Positions 1 to 10,012 of a stretch of DNA of 64,000 bases are shown here, piece after piece. How positions within the stretch are numbered: the stretch's first letter is position 1; the number at the start of each line of letters is the position of its first letter. Location of the stretch: contig RECU01000053.1 in NCBI GenBank assembly GCA_007693855.1, forward strand, positions 21,559 through 85,558. The letters run 5' to 3'. The translations under genes and the position numbers were made by a program. This DNA is from Gammaproteobacteria bacterium (GTDB lineage Bacteria; Pseudomonadota; Gammaproteobacteria; Steroidobacterales; PWYM01). The notes beneath the pieces are model-generated. The model had not been told where the DNA came from and did not search any database. It saw only the letters and a program-made list of their open reading frames with translations.

Positions 1-2573
1 TGGGTGATACCGGTCGCCGACAGCAGATCTTCGTCTTCCTCCGGCGACGCCTCGCCCGGCGCCTGTGCGGCCTGCGTGCCGGTGATCTCCGGCTCACCGA
101 TGTCGAACAGCGCCTCTCTGGCGTCCGTCCCCTCCGCATCCACCAGGGCCTGCTCAGCCTGGTCGGCGTCGCCGAGATCGATGACCGCTTCGCCGAGGCC
201 GGTCACCTCGATATCTTCATCCGAGAGTTCGACGTCAAGGCCTTCGAGGTCGAGCCCCAGATCATCAAGATCGATCTCGGCGGTCGAACCCGCGTCGAGG
301 CCTTGCAGACGCGCGTCGAAGCCCCCCGGACGGGGCTGCTCGAGCGTCGGTGCTTCGACCGTCGCGGCGCTATCCGGCCGCGGTGACTCCACAGTCTCGT
401 CGCCAGCCCACAGCTCCGGCGCAGGTGACTCAGCCGTCTCCGAGAGCTCCGGTGACTCGATGGTCGGGGTCTCCATGGTCGGCGAGTCGGCCGCAGCCTC
501 GTCGTCATCCAGCAGTCCGCGCTCGATGTTCGTGGCGGTACGCGAGCCGATATCCAGCATGAACGCCTCTTCCGCGGCAGCTTCCGCCGCCTCCGGATCG
601 TCCTCGAACTGCATGTCGAGACCCGCACTGGTGGCGCTGCTCAAGGCGTCCTCGGGGTCTTCCTCCACCTCGAAGTCCAGCGAGTAGATCCCCGTGTCCT
701 CGCCGCCTTCAAAATCAAGTTCGAGATCTCCGCTGGCGGTCTCGCCGGCGAACAGAGGCTCATCGGGGCAGATCTGGCGGGCCATGATCAGCGTCTTGTC
801 CCACTCGGCGCCGTCGCCGACCTGCTCCTTGAGTGCACGCGCCGCCTCGATGAAGCCCGCCTGGTTGCCCCAGACGAAATAGATTTCAACCAGCTTGAGA
901 TGCAGATCCGATCGCGCCGGCGCGTCGGCAAGTGCCTGCTGGACGAGATCGGCGGCCTGGTCATACAACCCATAGGCCATGTGAAAGTCCGCCTCGGCGA
1001 GCCGGTCACCGTCGCTGACTTCCTGGGCGTGCACGCCCGTTTCCGCCGCCGTCCCGGCACCCTGGGCAGACGCGCCGGTGGCCAGCGCAGCAGCAGCGCC
1101 CCCCCCAGCAGCCGCCATCCGTTGCGTCCGTTCACCCTCGAGGGTCTCCGGCAAGGGCTCGAAGCTCTCCGCCGGCAAGGACTGATCCTCGGCGAGATCT
1201 TCGGCAGTCGCCGCCTCCCAGGGGTCGGCCTCGGCGGCACGCTCCCGGCGCCGACGCATGAACACAGCCAGGGCGCCCACCAGGGCAGCAGCCCCAAGGC
1301 CAATCCAGAGCAGCGGGGTGGCCAGCCAGCCCATGATCTGCTGGACAAGACCAGGCGCCGCGGCCGGCGCAGGTGCTGGCGCCGGCGGCGCGGGCTGAGC
1401 GGCCGGCGGCGGCGATTCGGCAACCGACGGCGCCGGTTCGGCGTCAGGGGCCGGCGCGTCATCCACGAAAATCCGATCCTCGGCGCCCGGAACCCCAGGC
1501 ACCGGCGCGACCGCAGGAGCGCCGTCTACCGTGCGTTGTTCTGCCAGTTGCTGCTGCAGCGTGGCCAGTTCGGCGTCACGAACCTCGAGGAGCCTGCGGG
1601 TTTCCGCCAGCTCATCGCGCAGGCCCGCGGCCTCGTCACGCAACCGCACCGCCTCGTCACGCAGGGCAGCCGCCTCGGCGCGCGCCTCCTCAGCCGCCTG
1701 CCCTGTGCCGCCTGCCGGCGCCTCACCTGGCGCCACGAGCCGCAGCCGCGGCGCGGGCTCAGAGGCTGCCGGCGCGTCACGCCAGGCACGATTCTGGGAC
1801 GCGACACGGGCCGTCGCCTCGGTGGCGGTCATCCGACGCAGCGCCTCGGACGAAGGAATCGCCAGCCGCGCACCCGCGCGGAGTCGGTTGATATTGCCGT
1901 CGAAGGCCTCCGGGTTGGCCTCGAACAGACCCATCATCATCTGATTGAGGCTGATGTCACCGGTCGGCCGCAGCTGCCGGGCCAGGCCGGATAACGTGTC
2001 GTTGCGCTGTACCAGATACGTGCCATCGTCGGCGAGTGTCGGCGCCGGCAGCCGCGCGGCAGGCGCTTGCGGCTGCGGCGTCGCCGCCGGACGGGCCACA
2101 CGGCCAGTGCGCTCGTCGGGCGCCACGGCGGGCGTGCGGGGGGCGGTGACCGGTGCCTCGCGCGCAGGGGTTTCCATGAACGTCGGCGGATCGAGCAGGA
2201 CCGTGTACTCGCGCAGGACGCGACCTCGCGCCCAGCGCGCCTCAACCAGGAAAGTCAGAAAGGGCTCGCGGGCCGCCTGGGTCGAGGTGACGCGCAATGC
2301 GGGCGTGCCGTCGGCCCGCCGAATCACCGCGAAGCGGAGACTGTCCAGGAAAGGCGGCCGCTCGAGCCCCTGGCGCTGGAACGCTTCGAGTGATGCCAGT
2401 TCCACACGCAGAGACGCCAGGTCTTCATCCGAGGCGCTGGTCAGCGGAATCTCTGCAGCCAGGGGCTGGTTGAGTGCAGAGCGCAACTCGATACTGCCCA
2501 GTCCGAGTGCCCAGGCGAATTGCGGCAGGGCCAGCAGCAACGCCGCACCCCAGAAGGCTAGTCTTCGTGCCAT
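1..2573 (-). CDS. fimV: FimV/HubP family polar landmark protein (3' end runs off the window)
   Basis: Absent from the ORF track because no stop codon lies in the window. Segments translated by hand from the ATG at 2573 (GGAG RBS): MARRLAFWGAALLLALPQFAWALGLGSIELRSALNQPL (FimV N-terminus), LysM (YLVQRNDTLSGLA...ANPEAFDGNINRLRAG), TM helix near 1250-1330, DRLAEADFHMAYGLYDQA TPR-like motif, acidic tail. Lies downstream of asd, as is usual for fimV. Confidence 0.93.
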   Translation of the reverse strand, partial: MARRLAFWGAALLLALPQFAWALGLGSIELRSALNQPLAAEIPLTSASDEDLASLRVELASLEAFQRQGLERPPFLDSLRFAVIRRADGTPALRVTSTQAAREPFLTFLVEARWARGRVLREYTVLLDPPTFMETPAREAPVTAPRTPAVAPDERTGRVARPAATPQPQAPAARLPAPTLADDGTYLVQRNDTLSGLARQLRPTGDISLNQMMMGLFEANPEAFDGNINRLRAGARLAIPSSEALRRMTATEATARVASQNRAWRDAPAASEPAPRLRLVAPGEAPAGGTGQAAEEARAEAAALRDEAVRLRDEAAGLRDELAETRRLLEVRDAELATLQQQLAEQRTVDGAPAVAPVPGVPGAEDRIFVDDAPAPDAEPAPSVAESPPPAAQPAPPAPAPAPAAAPGLVQQIMGWLATPLLWIGLGAAALVGALAVFMRRRRERAAEADPWEAATAEDLAEDQSLPAESFEPLPETLEGERTQRMAAAGGGAAAALATGASAQGAGTAAETGVHAQEVSDGDRLAEADFHMAYGLYDQAADLVQQALADAPARSDLHLKLVEIYFVWGNQAGFIEAARALKEQVGDGAEWDKTLIMARQICPDEPLFAGETASGDLELDFEGGEDTGIYSLDFEVEEDPEDALSSATSAGLDMQFEDDPEAAEAAAEEAFMLDIGSRTATNIERGLLDDDEAAADSPTMETPTIESPELSETAESPAPELWAGDETVESPRPDSAATVEAPTLEQPRPGGFDARLQGLDAGSTAEIDLDDLGLDLEGLDVELSDEDIEVTGLGEAVIDLGDADQAEQALVDAEGTDAREALFDIGEPEITGTQAAQAPGEASPEEDEDLLSATGIT

Positions 2574-2706
2574 TGCTACTCCCGTCCCGCTGCCCCTGGT
2601 GCCAGCCGGGAAACCCGGCGGTCATTGCCGTCGATCACGTCGGGGAACCCGACGTAAGCCGATAAGTTTACTGATCTTATGTCGACAATACCGTGAAGTG
2701 CAGCGT

Positions 2707-3729
2707 TTACAAGTGCTGTTGTACCAGAATTTCTGCGATCTGGACGCTATTGAGCGCCGCGCCTTTGCGGATATTGTCCGACACGACCCACAGGCACAGG
2801 CCGTTCGGACGGCTCAGATCTTCGCGGATCCGCCCGACGAACACCTCGTCGTGGCCGCTCGCGTCGCTGACTGCCGTCGGGTACCCCCCGGTCTCACGGG
2901 TATCGATGACGCGTACCCCCGGCGCCGCCTCGAGCAGCTCACGGGCGCGCGCCGCGCCAAGCGGTTCGCGGGTCTCGAAATGCACCGCCTCGGAGTGTCC
3001 GAAGAACACCGGCACACGCACGGCCGTCGGATTCACCTCGATCCGCTCATCCTCGAGAATCTTGCGGGTTTCCCACACCATCTTCATTTCTTCACGGGTG
3101 TAGCCGTTGTCCATGAAGACGTCGATATGTGGCACGGCGTTGAAGGCCGCCTGCCGGGTCTGCCCCTCAAGGTCCAGAGGTCGCCCGTTCAGCAGCGCAG
3201 CGGTCTGTTTCGCCAGCGTCTCCAGCGCGGTACGCCCGGCGCCGGACACCGACTGATAGGTCGCCACGTCGATCCGGCGGATGCCCACGGCCGCATGGAT
3301 CGGCTTCAGCGCGACCACCATCTGGATGGTCGAGCAGTTGGGATTGGCAATGATGCCCCGCGTGCGGTAGTCGGCGATACGCGCCGGGTTGCACTCCGGC
3401 ACGACCAGCGGGATGTCCGGCTCATTGCGAAAATGCGAGGTGTTGTCGATCACCACGCAACCGGCCGCCGCCGCCCGCGGCGCGTACTCGGCCGAGACCG
3501 AGCCGCCGGCCGAGAACAGGCCGACCTGCGCCTTGGAGAAATCGAATTCGGCGAGATTGCCGACGGTGATGTCACGGCCACGAAAGCACACGGTACTGCC
3601 GGCCGAGCGCTCGCTGGCCAGCGGGTAGAGGGTGCCGACCGGGAACTTGCGCTCCTCGAGGATCGACAGCAGGGTCTCGCCCACCAGTCCGGTGGCGCCA
3701 ACGACGGCAACGTCTACGGTCTTGTCCAT
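2707..3729 (-). CDS. asd: Aspartate-semialdehyde dehydrogenase
   Basis: VGATGLVG Rossmann motif, NPNCST catalytic Cys, TYQSVSGAG, SDNIRKGAALN. Confidence 0.98.
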   Translation of the reverse strand: MDKTVDVAVVGATGLVGETLLSILEERKFPVGTLYPLASERSAGSTVCFRGRDITVGNLAEFDFSKAQVGLFSAGGSVSAEYAPRAAAAGCVVIDNTSHFRNEPDIPLVVPECNPARIADYRTRGIIANPNCSTIQMVVALKPIHAAVGIRRIDVATYQSVSGAGRTALETLAKQTAALLNGRPLDLEGQTRQAAFNAVPHIDVFMDNGYTREEMKMVWETRKILEDERIEVNPTAVRVPVFFGHSEAVHFETREPLGAARARELLEAAPGVRVIDTRETGGYPTAVSDASGHDEVFVGRIREDLSRPNGLCLWVVSDNIRKGAALNSVQIAEILVQQHL

Positions 3730-3770
3730 GAATCTCCCTGTCAGTACTGGGTCTCGCCAGGTACCCGCGC

Positions 3771-4883
3771 TCAGTCGCTGCGGGCGGTGGCGCGGGCGGC
3801 GATGGCCGGAGTATCGGTGTGCACATCGGCGTTCTGGGCGCGATGGCGCAGGTAGTGATCGAGCAGCGTCAGCGCGAGCATCGCCTCGGCGATGGGTGTG
3901 GCCCGCAGGCCGACGCAGGGGTCGTGCCGGCCCGTGGTGCGGATCTCCACGGCTTCGCCGGCGGCGTCGATGGTCTGGCCGGGCAGATGGATGCTGGAGG
4001 TCGGCTTGAGTGCAATGCTGACGACGATGTCCTGCCCGGAGGAAATGCCGCCCAGCGTGCCGCCTGCCGAGTTCTTCGCGAAGCCGGAGGGCGAGAGCTC
4101 ATCGCGATGCTCCGAGCCACGTTGGGCGACGCAACGAAAGCCATCGCCGATCTCCACGCCTTTGACCGCGTTGATGCCCATCATGGCATGGGCGATATCG
4201 GCATCGAGCTTGTCGAATACCGGCTCGCCCAGACCGGCAGGCACGCCGCTGGCGACCACCGTGATGCGCGCACCGATGGAATCGCCGTCCTTGCGCAGGC
4301 GGGTCATGAAGGCATCGAGCTCGTCGACCCGTGCGGGGTCAGCGCAGAAAAACGGGTTGTCATCGGCGCTGGCCGGGTCGACACACTCGAGCATCAGCGG
4401 CCCGAGCTGCGACAGATGGCCCCGGATCTCGACGCCGAGACGCTCGCGCAGGTACTTGCGGGCAATCGCGCCCGCGGCCACCCGCATCACCGTCTCGCGG
4501 GCGGAGGACCGGCCGCCGCCCCGGTAGTCGCGCAGACCGTACTTCTGCAGGTAGGCATAGTCGGCATGCCCGGGCCGGAAGCGGTCCTTGATCTTGTCGT
4601 AGTCGCGGGAGCGCTGGTCGGCGTTCTCCACCAGCAGACCGATGGGCGTGCCGGTGGTCAGCCCCTCGAAGACGCCGGAGAGGATACGCACCTGATCGGG
4701 CTCGCGGCGCTGCGTGACGTGCCGGGACTTGCCGGGCCGGCGGCGCTCGAGATCGTGCTGGATATCGGCCTCCGCCAGCGCCATGCCGGGTGGGCAACCG
4801 TCAACGATCGCGCCGAGTGCCGGGCCATGGCTCTCGCCGAAAGTGGTGACGGTGAACAGCTTGCCGAAAGTATTGCCGGACAT
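3771..4883 (-). CDS. aroC: Chorismate synthase
   Basis: [27 protein letters not shown] signatures. Confidence 0.99.
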   Translation of the reverse strand: MSGNTFGKLFTVTTFGESHGPALGAIVDGCPPGMALAEADIQHDLERRRPGKSRHVTQRREPDQVRILSGVFEGLTTGTPIGLLVENADQRSRDYDKIKDRFRPGHADYAYLQKYGLRDYRGGGRSSARETVMRVAAGAIARKYLRERLGVEIRGHLSQLGPLMLECVDPASADDNPFFCADPARVDELDAFMTRLRKDGDSIGARITVVASGVPAGLGEPVFDKLDADIAHAMMGINAVKGVEIGDGFRCVAQRGSEHRDELSPSGFAKNSAGGTLGGISSGQDIVVSIALKPTSSIHLPGQTIDAAGEAVEIRTTGRHDPCVGLRATPIAEAMLALTLLDHYLRHRAQNADVHTDTPAIAARATARSD

Positions 4884-4891
4884 GGTTTTGA

Positions 4892-5821
4892 TCAGGGCTC
4901 GCGCGGCGGGGAGAGTGAGTCGGCTTCGAGCAGGAACACGCCCGAACCGCCATGTTCGAACTCCAGCCAGGTGAACGGCAACTCGGGCCAGGTGTGGGCA
5001 ACGGCCTCATCGACCTCGCCGACCTCCACCACCAGCACACCGCCCGGGCGCAGGAAACCGCCAGCATCTTGCAGGATCGCGCGGACCGAATCCAGCCCGT
5101 CGTCCCCGGAAACCAGCGCCATGGCCGGTTCATGGGCATACTCCGCGGGCAGCTCCGAGAGCCGCGCCGCCGGCACGTACGGCGGGTTCGACAGGATCAG
5201 GTCGTAGCGTTCGCCAGCCAGTCCGGCGAAGTGATCCGACACCACCAGCCGCACCCGCGCCTCGAGCCCGTGACGACGAACATTCGCCGCAGCCACCGCC
5301 AGGGCGTCGCGAGACAGATCCGCGGCATCGACCTGTGCCTCCGGGAATGCCATCGCCGCGGCGATGGCCAGGCAGCCGGAGCCGGTGCCGAGATCGAGCA
5401 CCCGGCCCACCCGCGCCGGGTCGAGCCACGGCGCACCGCCGACCGCGAGGAACTCGGCCAGCGGCGAACGCGGAATGAGCACGCGCTCATCGACTTCGAA
5501 CTCCAGCCCCGCGAACCAGGCACGGCCCACCAGGTAGGCCGCCGGTCGGCGGCTTGCCAGCCGCGCCGCCACCAGCTCGGCCAGCCGCGCGCGGGCGGGC
5601 GGCTCCAGCGGGCGGGCCGCCTCGGCCATCAGGGTATCGAGTGCCAGCCCGGTGGCACCGGCCAGCAGAATGATCGCCTCGCTGTGGGGGTTGTCGGCGC
5701 CGTGACCGAAATGCAGCCCGGCATCGGCCAGGCGTGCCGCAGCCCAGTCGCAGGCGTCGTCAACGCGCACGGGGACCTCCTCGGCGATGGCCTGGACGTG
5801 GCTGTCACGGGGATCACTCAT
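4892..5821 (-). CDS. prmB: 50S ribosomal protein L3 N5-glutamine methyltransferase
   Basis: [27 protein letters not shown]; directly upstream of aroC. Confidence 0.95.
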   Translation of the reverse strand: MSDPRDSHVQAIAEEVPVRVDDACDWAAARLADAGLHFGHGADNPHSEAIILLAGATGLALDTLMAEAARPLEPPARARLAELVAARLASRRPAAYLVGRAWFAGLEFEVDERVLIPRSPLAEFLAVGGAPWLDPARVGRVLDLGTGSGCLAIAAAMAFPEAQVDAADLSRDALAVAAANVRRHGLEARVRLVVSDHFAGLAGERYDLILSNPPYVPAARLSELPAEYAHEPAMALVSGDDGLDSVRAILQDAGGFLRPGGVLVVEVGEVDEAVAHTWPELPFTWLEFEHGGSGVFLLEADSLSPPREP

Positions 5822-5904
5822 GGCGATGAATACGGCCTCCGGCCGCAGGCGTGGCGGCTGGCTGCGGATGATACTGCATCGGCGCTATGGCAGAATCCGC
5901 GGCC

Positions 5905-6522
5905 ATGAACATGCCTCGCGCCCATCTGCTGATCGTCGTCGCCGCGCTGCTCGCCGCGGTGATCGGCTTTCTGGTCTTCCGTGACGCCCCACCACCGGCC
6001 CACCAGGCCGTCACCCTGCTGCCCGAACCGCGGCCGCTGCCAGCCTTTGCCCTGGTCGACCAGCACGGTGCGCCAATCGACGAACAGGCACTGACCGGAC
6101 GCTGGCACCTGGTGTTCTTCGGCTTCACCCACTGCCCCGACATCTGCCCGATGACGCTGCAGACCCTGGCTGCCGTGCGCGGCCGCTTCGACGGCGAGGG
6201 GTCACGCCAGCCAGGCGTGGTGTTCGTGTCCATCGACCCCGCACGCGACGGGCCCGAGATGCTCGGCGACTACCTTGCCTACTACGACCCGGACATCATC
6301 GGCATCACGGGCGCTGAGGACGCAGTGGCCGAGTTCGCACGCGCGATGGGGGTGGCGGTCGTGATGGGCGAGGCGGACGCGCAGGGGCATTACAACGTCG
6401 ATCACACCACCGCAGTGTTCCTGCTCGATCCAAAGGGCCGCCTTGCCGGGCTGTTCCGGATACCCCACCGGGTGGACGCCATGGCACAGGATCTCGGCCG
6501 CCTGATCGGCTCACGCGGATGA
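5905..6522 (+). CDS. SCO family copper chaperone
   Basis: N-terminal TM helix, FTHCPDICP (CxxxC) and VDH His ligand; start could be 5887, 5905 or 5911. Confidence 0.95.
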   Translation: MNMPRAHLLIVVAALLAAVIGFLVFRDAPPPAHQAVTLLPEPRPLPAFALVDQHGAPIDEQALTGRWHLVFFGFTHCPDICPMTLQTLAAVRGRFDGEGSRQPGVVFVSIDPARDGPEMLGDYLAYYDPDIIGITGAEDAVAEFARAMGVAVVMGEADAQGHYNVDHTTAVFLLDPKGRLAGLFRIPHRVDAMAQDLGRLIGSRG

Positions 6523-6968
6523 GCGCCGCCCTGCGCGCCGCGCTGACGGCGGTCGCCGCACTGCAGCTCGTGGCCTGTGCACCTGTGCCGGAGGACGGGG
6601 TGGTGATCGAGGAGGCGTGGATTCGCGAGGCCCCGCCTGGCGCGCGGGCACTCGCCGGCTACATGCAACTGCGCAACCAGGGTGGCGACCCGGTCGCCCT
6701 GCTCTTCGCCAACAGCGATACGTTCGACCGTATCGAACTCCACCAGACCCTGCACGATGACGGGCGCATGCGTATGGTGGAGGTGGATCATGTTCCGCTG
6801 CCCCCTGGGCAGACCGTGGCCTTCGCACCGGGCGGTCTGCATCTCATGCTGTTCGCCCCCAGCGAGACGCTGCGTGACGGGGAAGAGGTGATGATCGAAC
6901 TGACCTTCAGCGACGGCACGGCGCGGGATCTGCGCTTCGAGGTGCGCGATGTCCGCGAGCGACGCTGA
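6519..6968 (+). CDS. Copper chaperone PCu(A)C
   Basis: Lipoprotein-like signal peptide, AWIRE, ELH...MRM...GGLHLML motif; ATGA overlap with SCO. Confidence 0.95.
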   Translation: MSAALRAALTAVAALQLVACAPVPEDGVVIEEAWIREAPPGARALAGYMQLRNQGGDPVALLFANSDTFDRIELHQTLHDDGRMRMVEVDHVPLPPGQTVAFAPGGLHLMLFAPSETLRDGEEVMIELTFSDGTARDLRFEVRDVRERR

Positions 6969-7863
6969 CGCGGCGGGTGGACCGTCGGCGCCGGACCGCC
7001 CGACGCTGCGCGAACGCGCTTTCCTGTGGCTGCAATACCTGCTGCCCCGCCGCAGACTCAGTGCCCTGGTCCATCGCCTGGCGCGCAGCCGGAAACCCTG
7101 GCTGAAAGATCTGCTGATCCGCGGTTTCATGCGCCATTTCCGCATTTCGCTGGAGGAGGCCCAGGTGCGCCGGGCCGAGGACTTCGGGAGCTTCAACGAG
7201 TTTTTCACCCGTGCCCTGGTGGCGGGTGCGCGGCGCATGCCGGACGACCCGGAGGCCATCGTGTCGCCCGCCGACGGCCGGCTCTATCACGCCGCGGCCC
7301 TCGACGGCGATCGCATGCTCCAGGCCAAGGGCCACCACTATTCGCTGGAGGCCCTGCTGGCCGGTCATCCCCGCGCGGCGGACCTGGCCGATGGACTGGC
7401 CTTCACGGTCTATCTGGCACCTTACAACTACCACCGTTTTCACATGCCGCTGGACGGGCAGCTCGTCGCAATGAGCCATGTGCCGGGCGACCTGTTCAGC
7501 GTCAATGAGACCACCGCCCGCCTGTTGCCCGGACTGTTCGCGCGCAACGAGCGGGTGGTCTGCCACTTCGACAGCGATTGCGGTCCCGTCGCGGTCGTGC
7601 TCGTCGGGGCGCTGAACGTGGGCAGCATCGAGACGGTCTGGGCGGGTGAAGTGACCGGCTGGGGCGGGCGTGAGGTCCGGCACTATGACTACACCGCGCA
7701 GGGCGGGGTCAAGCTCGCACGCGGCGAAGAACTCGGCCGCTTCAATATGGGCTCGACGGTGATTGTCGTGCTGCCGCGCGGCGGCGTGCAGGTTGCCGAG
7801 GATGTCGTCGCCGGACAGGTCGTACAGGTCGGCCAGGTACTGGCCCGACGTCACCGCGGATGA
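6949..7863 (+). CDS. psd: Phosphatidylserine decarboxylase proenzyme
   Basis: FNEFFTR, SPADG, YHRFHMP, RNERV, FNMGST autocleavage motif. Confidence 0.97.
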   Translation: MSASDADAAGGPSAPDRPTLRERAFLWLQYLLPRRRLSALVHRLARSRKPWLKDLLIRGFMRHFRISLEEAQVRRAEDFGSFNEFFTRALVAGARRMPDDPEAIVSPADGRLYHAAALDGDRMLQAKGHHYSLEALLAGHPRAADLADGLAFTVYLAPYNYHRFHMPLDGQLVAMSHVPGDLFSVNETTARLLPGLFARNERVVCHFDSDCGPVAVVLVGALNVGSIETVWAGEVTGWGGREVRHYDYTAQGGVKLARGEELGRFNMGSTVIVVLPRGGVQVAEDVVAGQVVQVGQVLARRHRG

Positions 7864-8816
7864 CCCCGGTGGGGGTGGCGCCACGGGCGCTGCTGCGCCG
7901 GCGCGCCGCCCTGCTCGCCCGTCTTCGCGACTTCTTCGCCCGCCGCGGCGTGCTCGAAGTCGACACCCCGCTGCTCGCCGCCACCACCACACCGGACCCG
8001 GCGATCGCCAGCCTGGAAGTGGTGAGCCCACTGCAGCGTGGCTGGCGCGGTTACCTGCAGACCTCGCCGGAGTTCGCAATGAAGCGCCTGCTGGCGGCCG
8101 GCAGCGGCGACATCTATCAGCTCGGTCATGTCTTCCGCGACGGCGAGGGCGGGCGGCGCCACCTGCGGGAGTTCACCCTGCTCGAGTGGTACCGTATCGG
8201 TTACGACGAACATCGACTGATGGACGAAGTCGCCGAGCTGCTGGCGGCACTGCTGCCCGCTGCCGGCACCGCCGCAGAGCGGCTGAGCTACCGCGCCGCC
8301 TTCGAGCGCGCCACTGGCATCAATCCGCTGAGCGCCGATGCGGCCGCGCTGTCGCGCGCCCTGGTGGCGGCAGACGTGGCGGTGCCGTCCGGACTGTCCC
8401 GGCGGCAGCTGCTGGATCTCGCCATGGGCACACTGGTGATTCCCGGACTGGGCCATGCCGGGCCATGCTTCGTGCATGATTACCCCGCCGACCAGGCGGC
8501 GCTGGCAGCGATCAATCCTGGCGAGCCGCCGACTGCGGCGCGCTTTGAGGTATTCCTCGCCGGCCTGGAGCTCGGCAACGGCTTCCGCGAGCTCACGGAT
8601 GCCGTGGAACAGCGCCGGCGCTTCGAGCAGGAACGGGCCTGGCGGGCGGCACAGGGGTGGCCAATCCCGCCGCTGGACGAAGCGCTGCTGGCGGCGCTGG
8701 CCGCCGGGCTTCCCGAGTGCGCGGGGGTGGCCATGGGCGTGGACCGACTGTTGATGCTGGCCCTGGACGTTGACGACATCCGGCTGGTGGTACCGGTGGA
8801 GCCTGATGATGCTTGA
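7860..8816 (+). CDS. epmA: EF-P lysine aminoacylase EpmA (GenX/PoxA)
   Basis: LQTSPEFAMKRLLAAG, FRDGE, EFTLLEWY, ELGNGF, GVAMGVDRL; LysRS catalytic domain without an anticodon domain; near efp. Confidence 0.97.
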   Translation: MTPVGVAPRALLRRRAALLARLRDFFARRGVLEVDTPLLAATTTPDPAIASLEVVSPLQRGWRGYLQTSPEFAMKRLLAAGSGDIYQLGHVFRDGEGGRRHLREFTLLEWYRIGYDEHRLMDEVAELLAALLPAAGTAAERLSYRAAFERATGINPLSADAAALSRALVAADVAVPSGLSRRQLLDLAMGTLVIPGLGHAGPCFVHDYPADQAALAAINPGEPPTAARFEVFLAGLELGNGFRELTDAVEQRRRFEQERAWRAAQGWPIPPLDEALLAALAAGLPECAGVAMGVDRLLMLALDVDDIRLVVPVEPDDA

Positions 8817-9312
8817 GACCGACCTTGACACCCAGCGCCTGGCCCGCGGCGACTATGCGCCGCTGCTGTCGCAGCTCGACGGCCTGCTCGCCGGTGAGTC
8901 CGACCTCGGCGCCAATGCCGCGAACCTCGCAGCGCTGGCCTTTCACGCCCTGCCGGACGTCAACTGGTTCGGCTTTTACTGGCTGCGCGGCGACACCCTG
9001 GTGGTCGGCGCCTTCCAGGGCCGGCCGGCCTGCACACGCATCACGCTCGGTCAGGGAGTCTGCGGCGCGGCAGCCGCACGCCGCGAGACGGTGATCGTCG
9101 AGGACGTCCATGCCTTCCCAGGCCACATCGCCTGCGACCCGGCCTCGCACTCGGAGATTGTCGTGCCGCTGGTCGCGGGCACTCGGTTGCTCGGCGTCAT
9201 GGACGTCGACAGCCCGCTACCGGCGCGCTTCGACAGCCGCGACCGCGCCGGCCTGGAGACGATGGCAGCACGCCTGCTGGCGGCCTCGGGAGAGACTCCA
9301 CCGCTGCCCTGA
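8806..9312 (+). CDS. msrC: GAF-domain free methionine-R-sulfoxide reductase (MsrC/YebR family)
   Basis: NWFGFY, FQGRPAC, GVCG, HIACD, SEIVVP, DVDSP; start placed at the ATG at 8806 overlapping the epmA end. Confidence 0.9.
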   Translation: MMLETDLDTQRLARGDYAPLLSQLDGLLAGESDLGANAANLAALAFHALPDVNWFGFYWLRGDTLVVGAFQGRPACTRITLGQGVCGAAAARRETVIVEDVHAFPGHIACDPASHSEIVVPLVAGTRLLGVMDVDSPLPARFDSRDRAGLETMAARLLAASGETPPLP

Positions 9313-9357
9313 GTCCGGCCTGAGACCCTCGTGAGCCGCCGCGGGGGCGGCACCCGC

Positions 9358-9927
9358 TCAGCTTTTCACACGGGAGACGTATTCGCGGCTGCGCGTATCC
9401 ACGCGGATGACCTCGCCCTCCTCGAGGAACAGCGGCACGCGCACCGTCGCCCCGGTCTCGAGCTTGGCCGGCTTCACCCCGCCCTGAGCGGTGTCGCCAC
9501 GCAGGCCGGGATCGGTCTCGACAATGCGCAGTTCGACGAAGTTCGGCGCCGCCACCTGCAGCGGCACACCGTTCCACAGGGTGACCCGACACAGATCACC
9601 ATCTTTCAGGAAATCTGCCGCCTCTTCCACGCAGTTGGCATCGGCACTGAACTGCTCGAAGGTATCCGGGACCATGAAATGCCAGAATTCGCCGTCCGTG
9701 TAGAGATACTGCATGTCGGTCTCATGGACGTCCGCCGACTCTACCGACTCGTTGGACTTGAAGGTCTTGTCGACCACCCGCCCGGTCTTGAGATTGCGGA
9801 TGCGCACACGGTTGAACGCCTGGCCCTTGCCCGGCTTCACGAACTCGTTCTCCACGATCGTACAGGGATCACCGTCGATCAGGATTTTCAAACCGGCGCG
9901 GAATTCGTTGGTACTGTAGCTGGCCAT
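9358..9927 (-). CDS. efp: Elongation factor P (lysine/PGKG type)
   Basis: [28 protein letters not shown]. Confidence 0.99.
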   Translation of the reverse strand: MASYSTNEFRAGLKILIDGDPCTIVENEFVKPGKGQAFNRVRIRNLKTGRVVDKTFKSNESVESADVHETDMQYLYTDGEFWHFMVPDTFEQFSADANCVEEAADFLKDGDLCRVTLWNGVPLQVAAPNFVELRIVETDPGLRGDTAQGGVKPAKLETGATVRVPLFLEEGEVIRVDTRSREYVSRVKS

Positions 9928-9955
9928 GCAGGTGCCCCGTTGAGCTGACTCGCTC

Positions 9956-9965
9956 TATGATAGCA
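9956..9965. promoter_or_regulatory. Overlapping -10 elements for divergent efp and epmB
   Basis: TATGAT on + (9956-9961) and extended TGCTATCAT on - (9965-9957) in the 85-bp divergent gap. Confidence 0.5.
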
Positions 9966-10012
9966 GGCCCACACGCAGACTCCGCAGCCGCCCGCCGATA
10001 CCCGACCCCACC

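Noticed and set aside
4-3855. Long + strand ORFs (4-687, 900-1994, 1945-3855)
   Set aside because: Antisense shadows of fimV and asd, expected in GC-rich DNA; no recognisable motifs.
9335-9351. Hairpin between convergent msrC and efp as an intrinsic terminator
   Set aside because: 6-bp stem with no adjacent U-tract on the efp strand; insufficient support.
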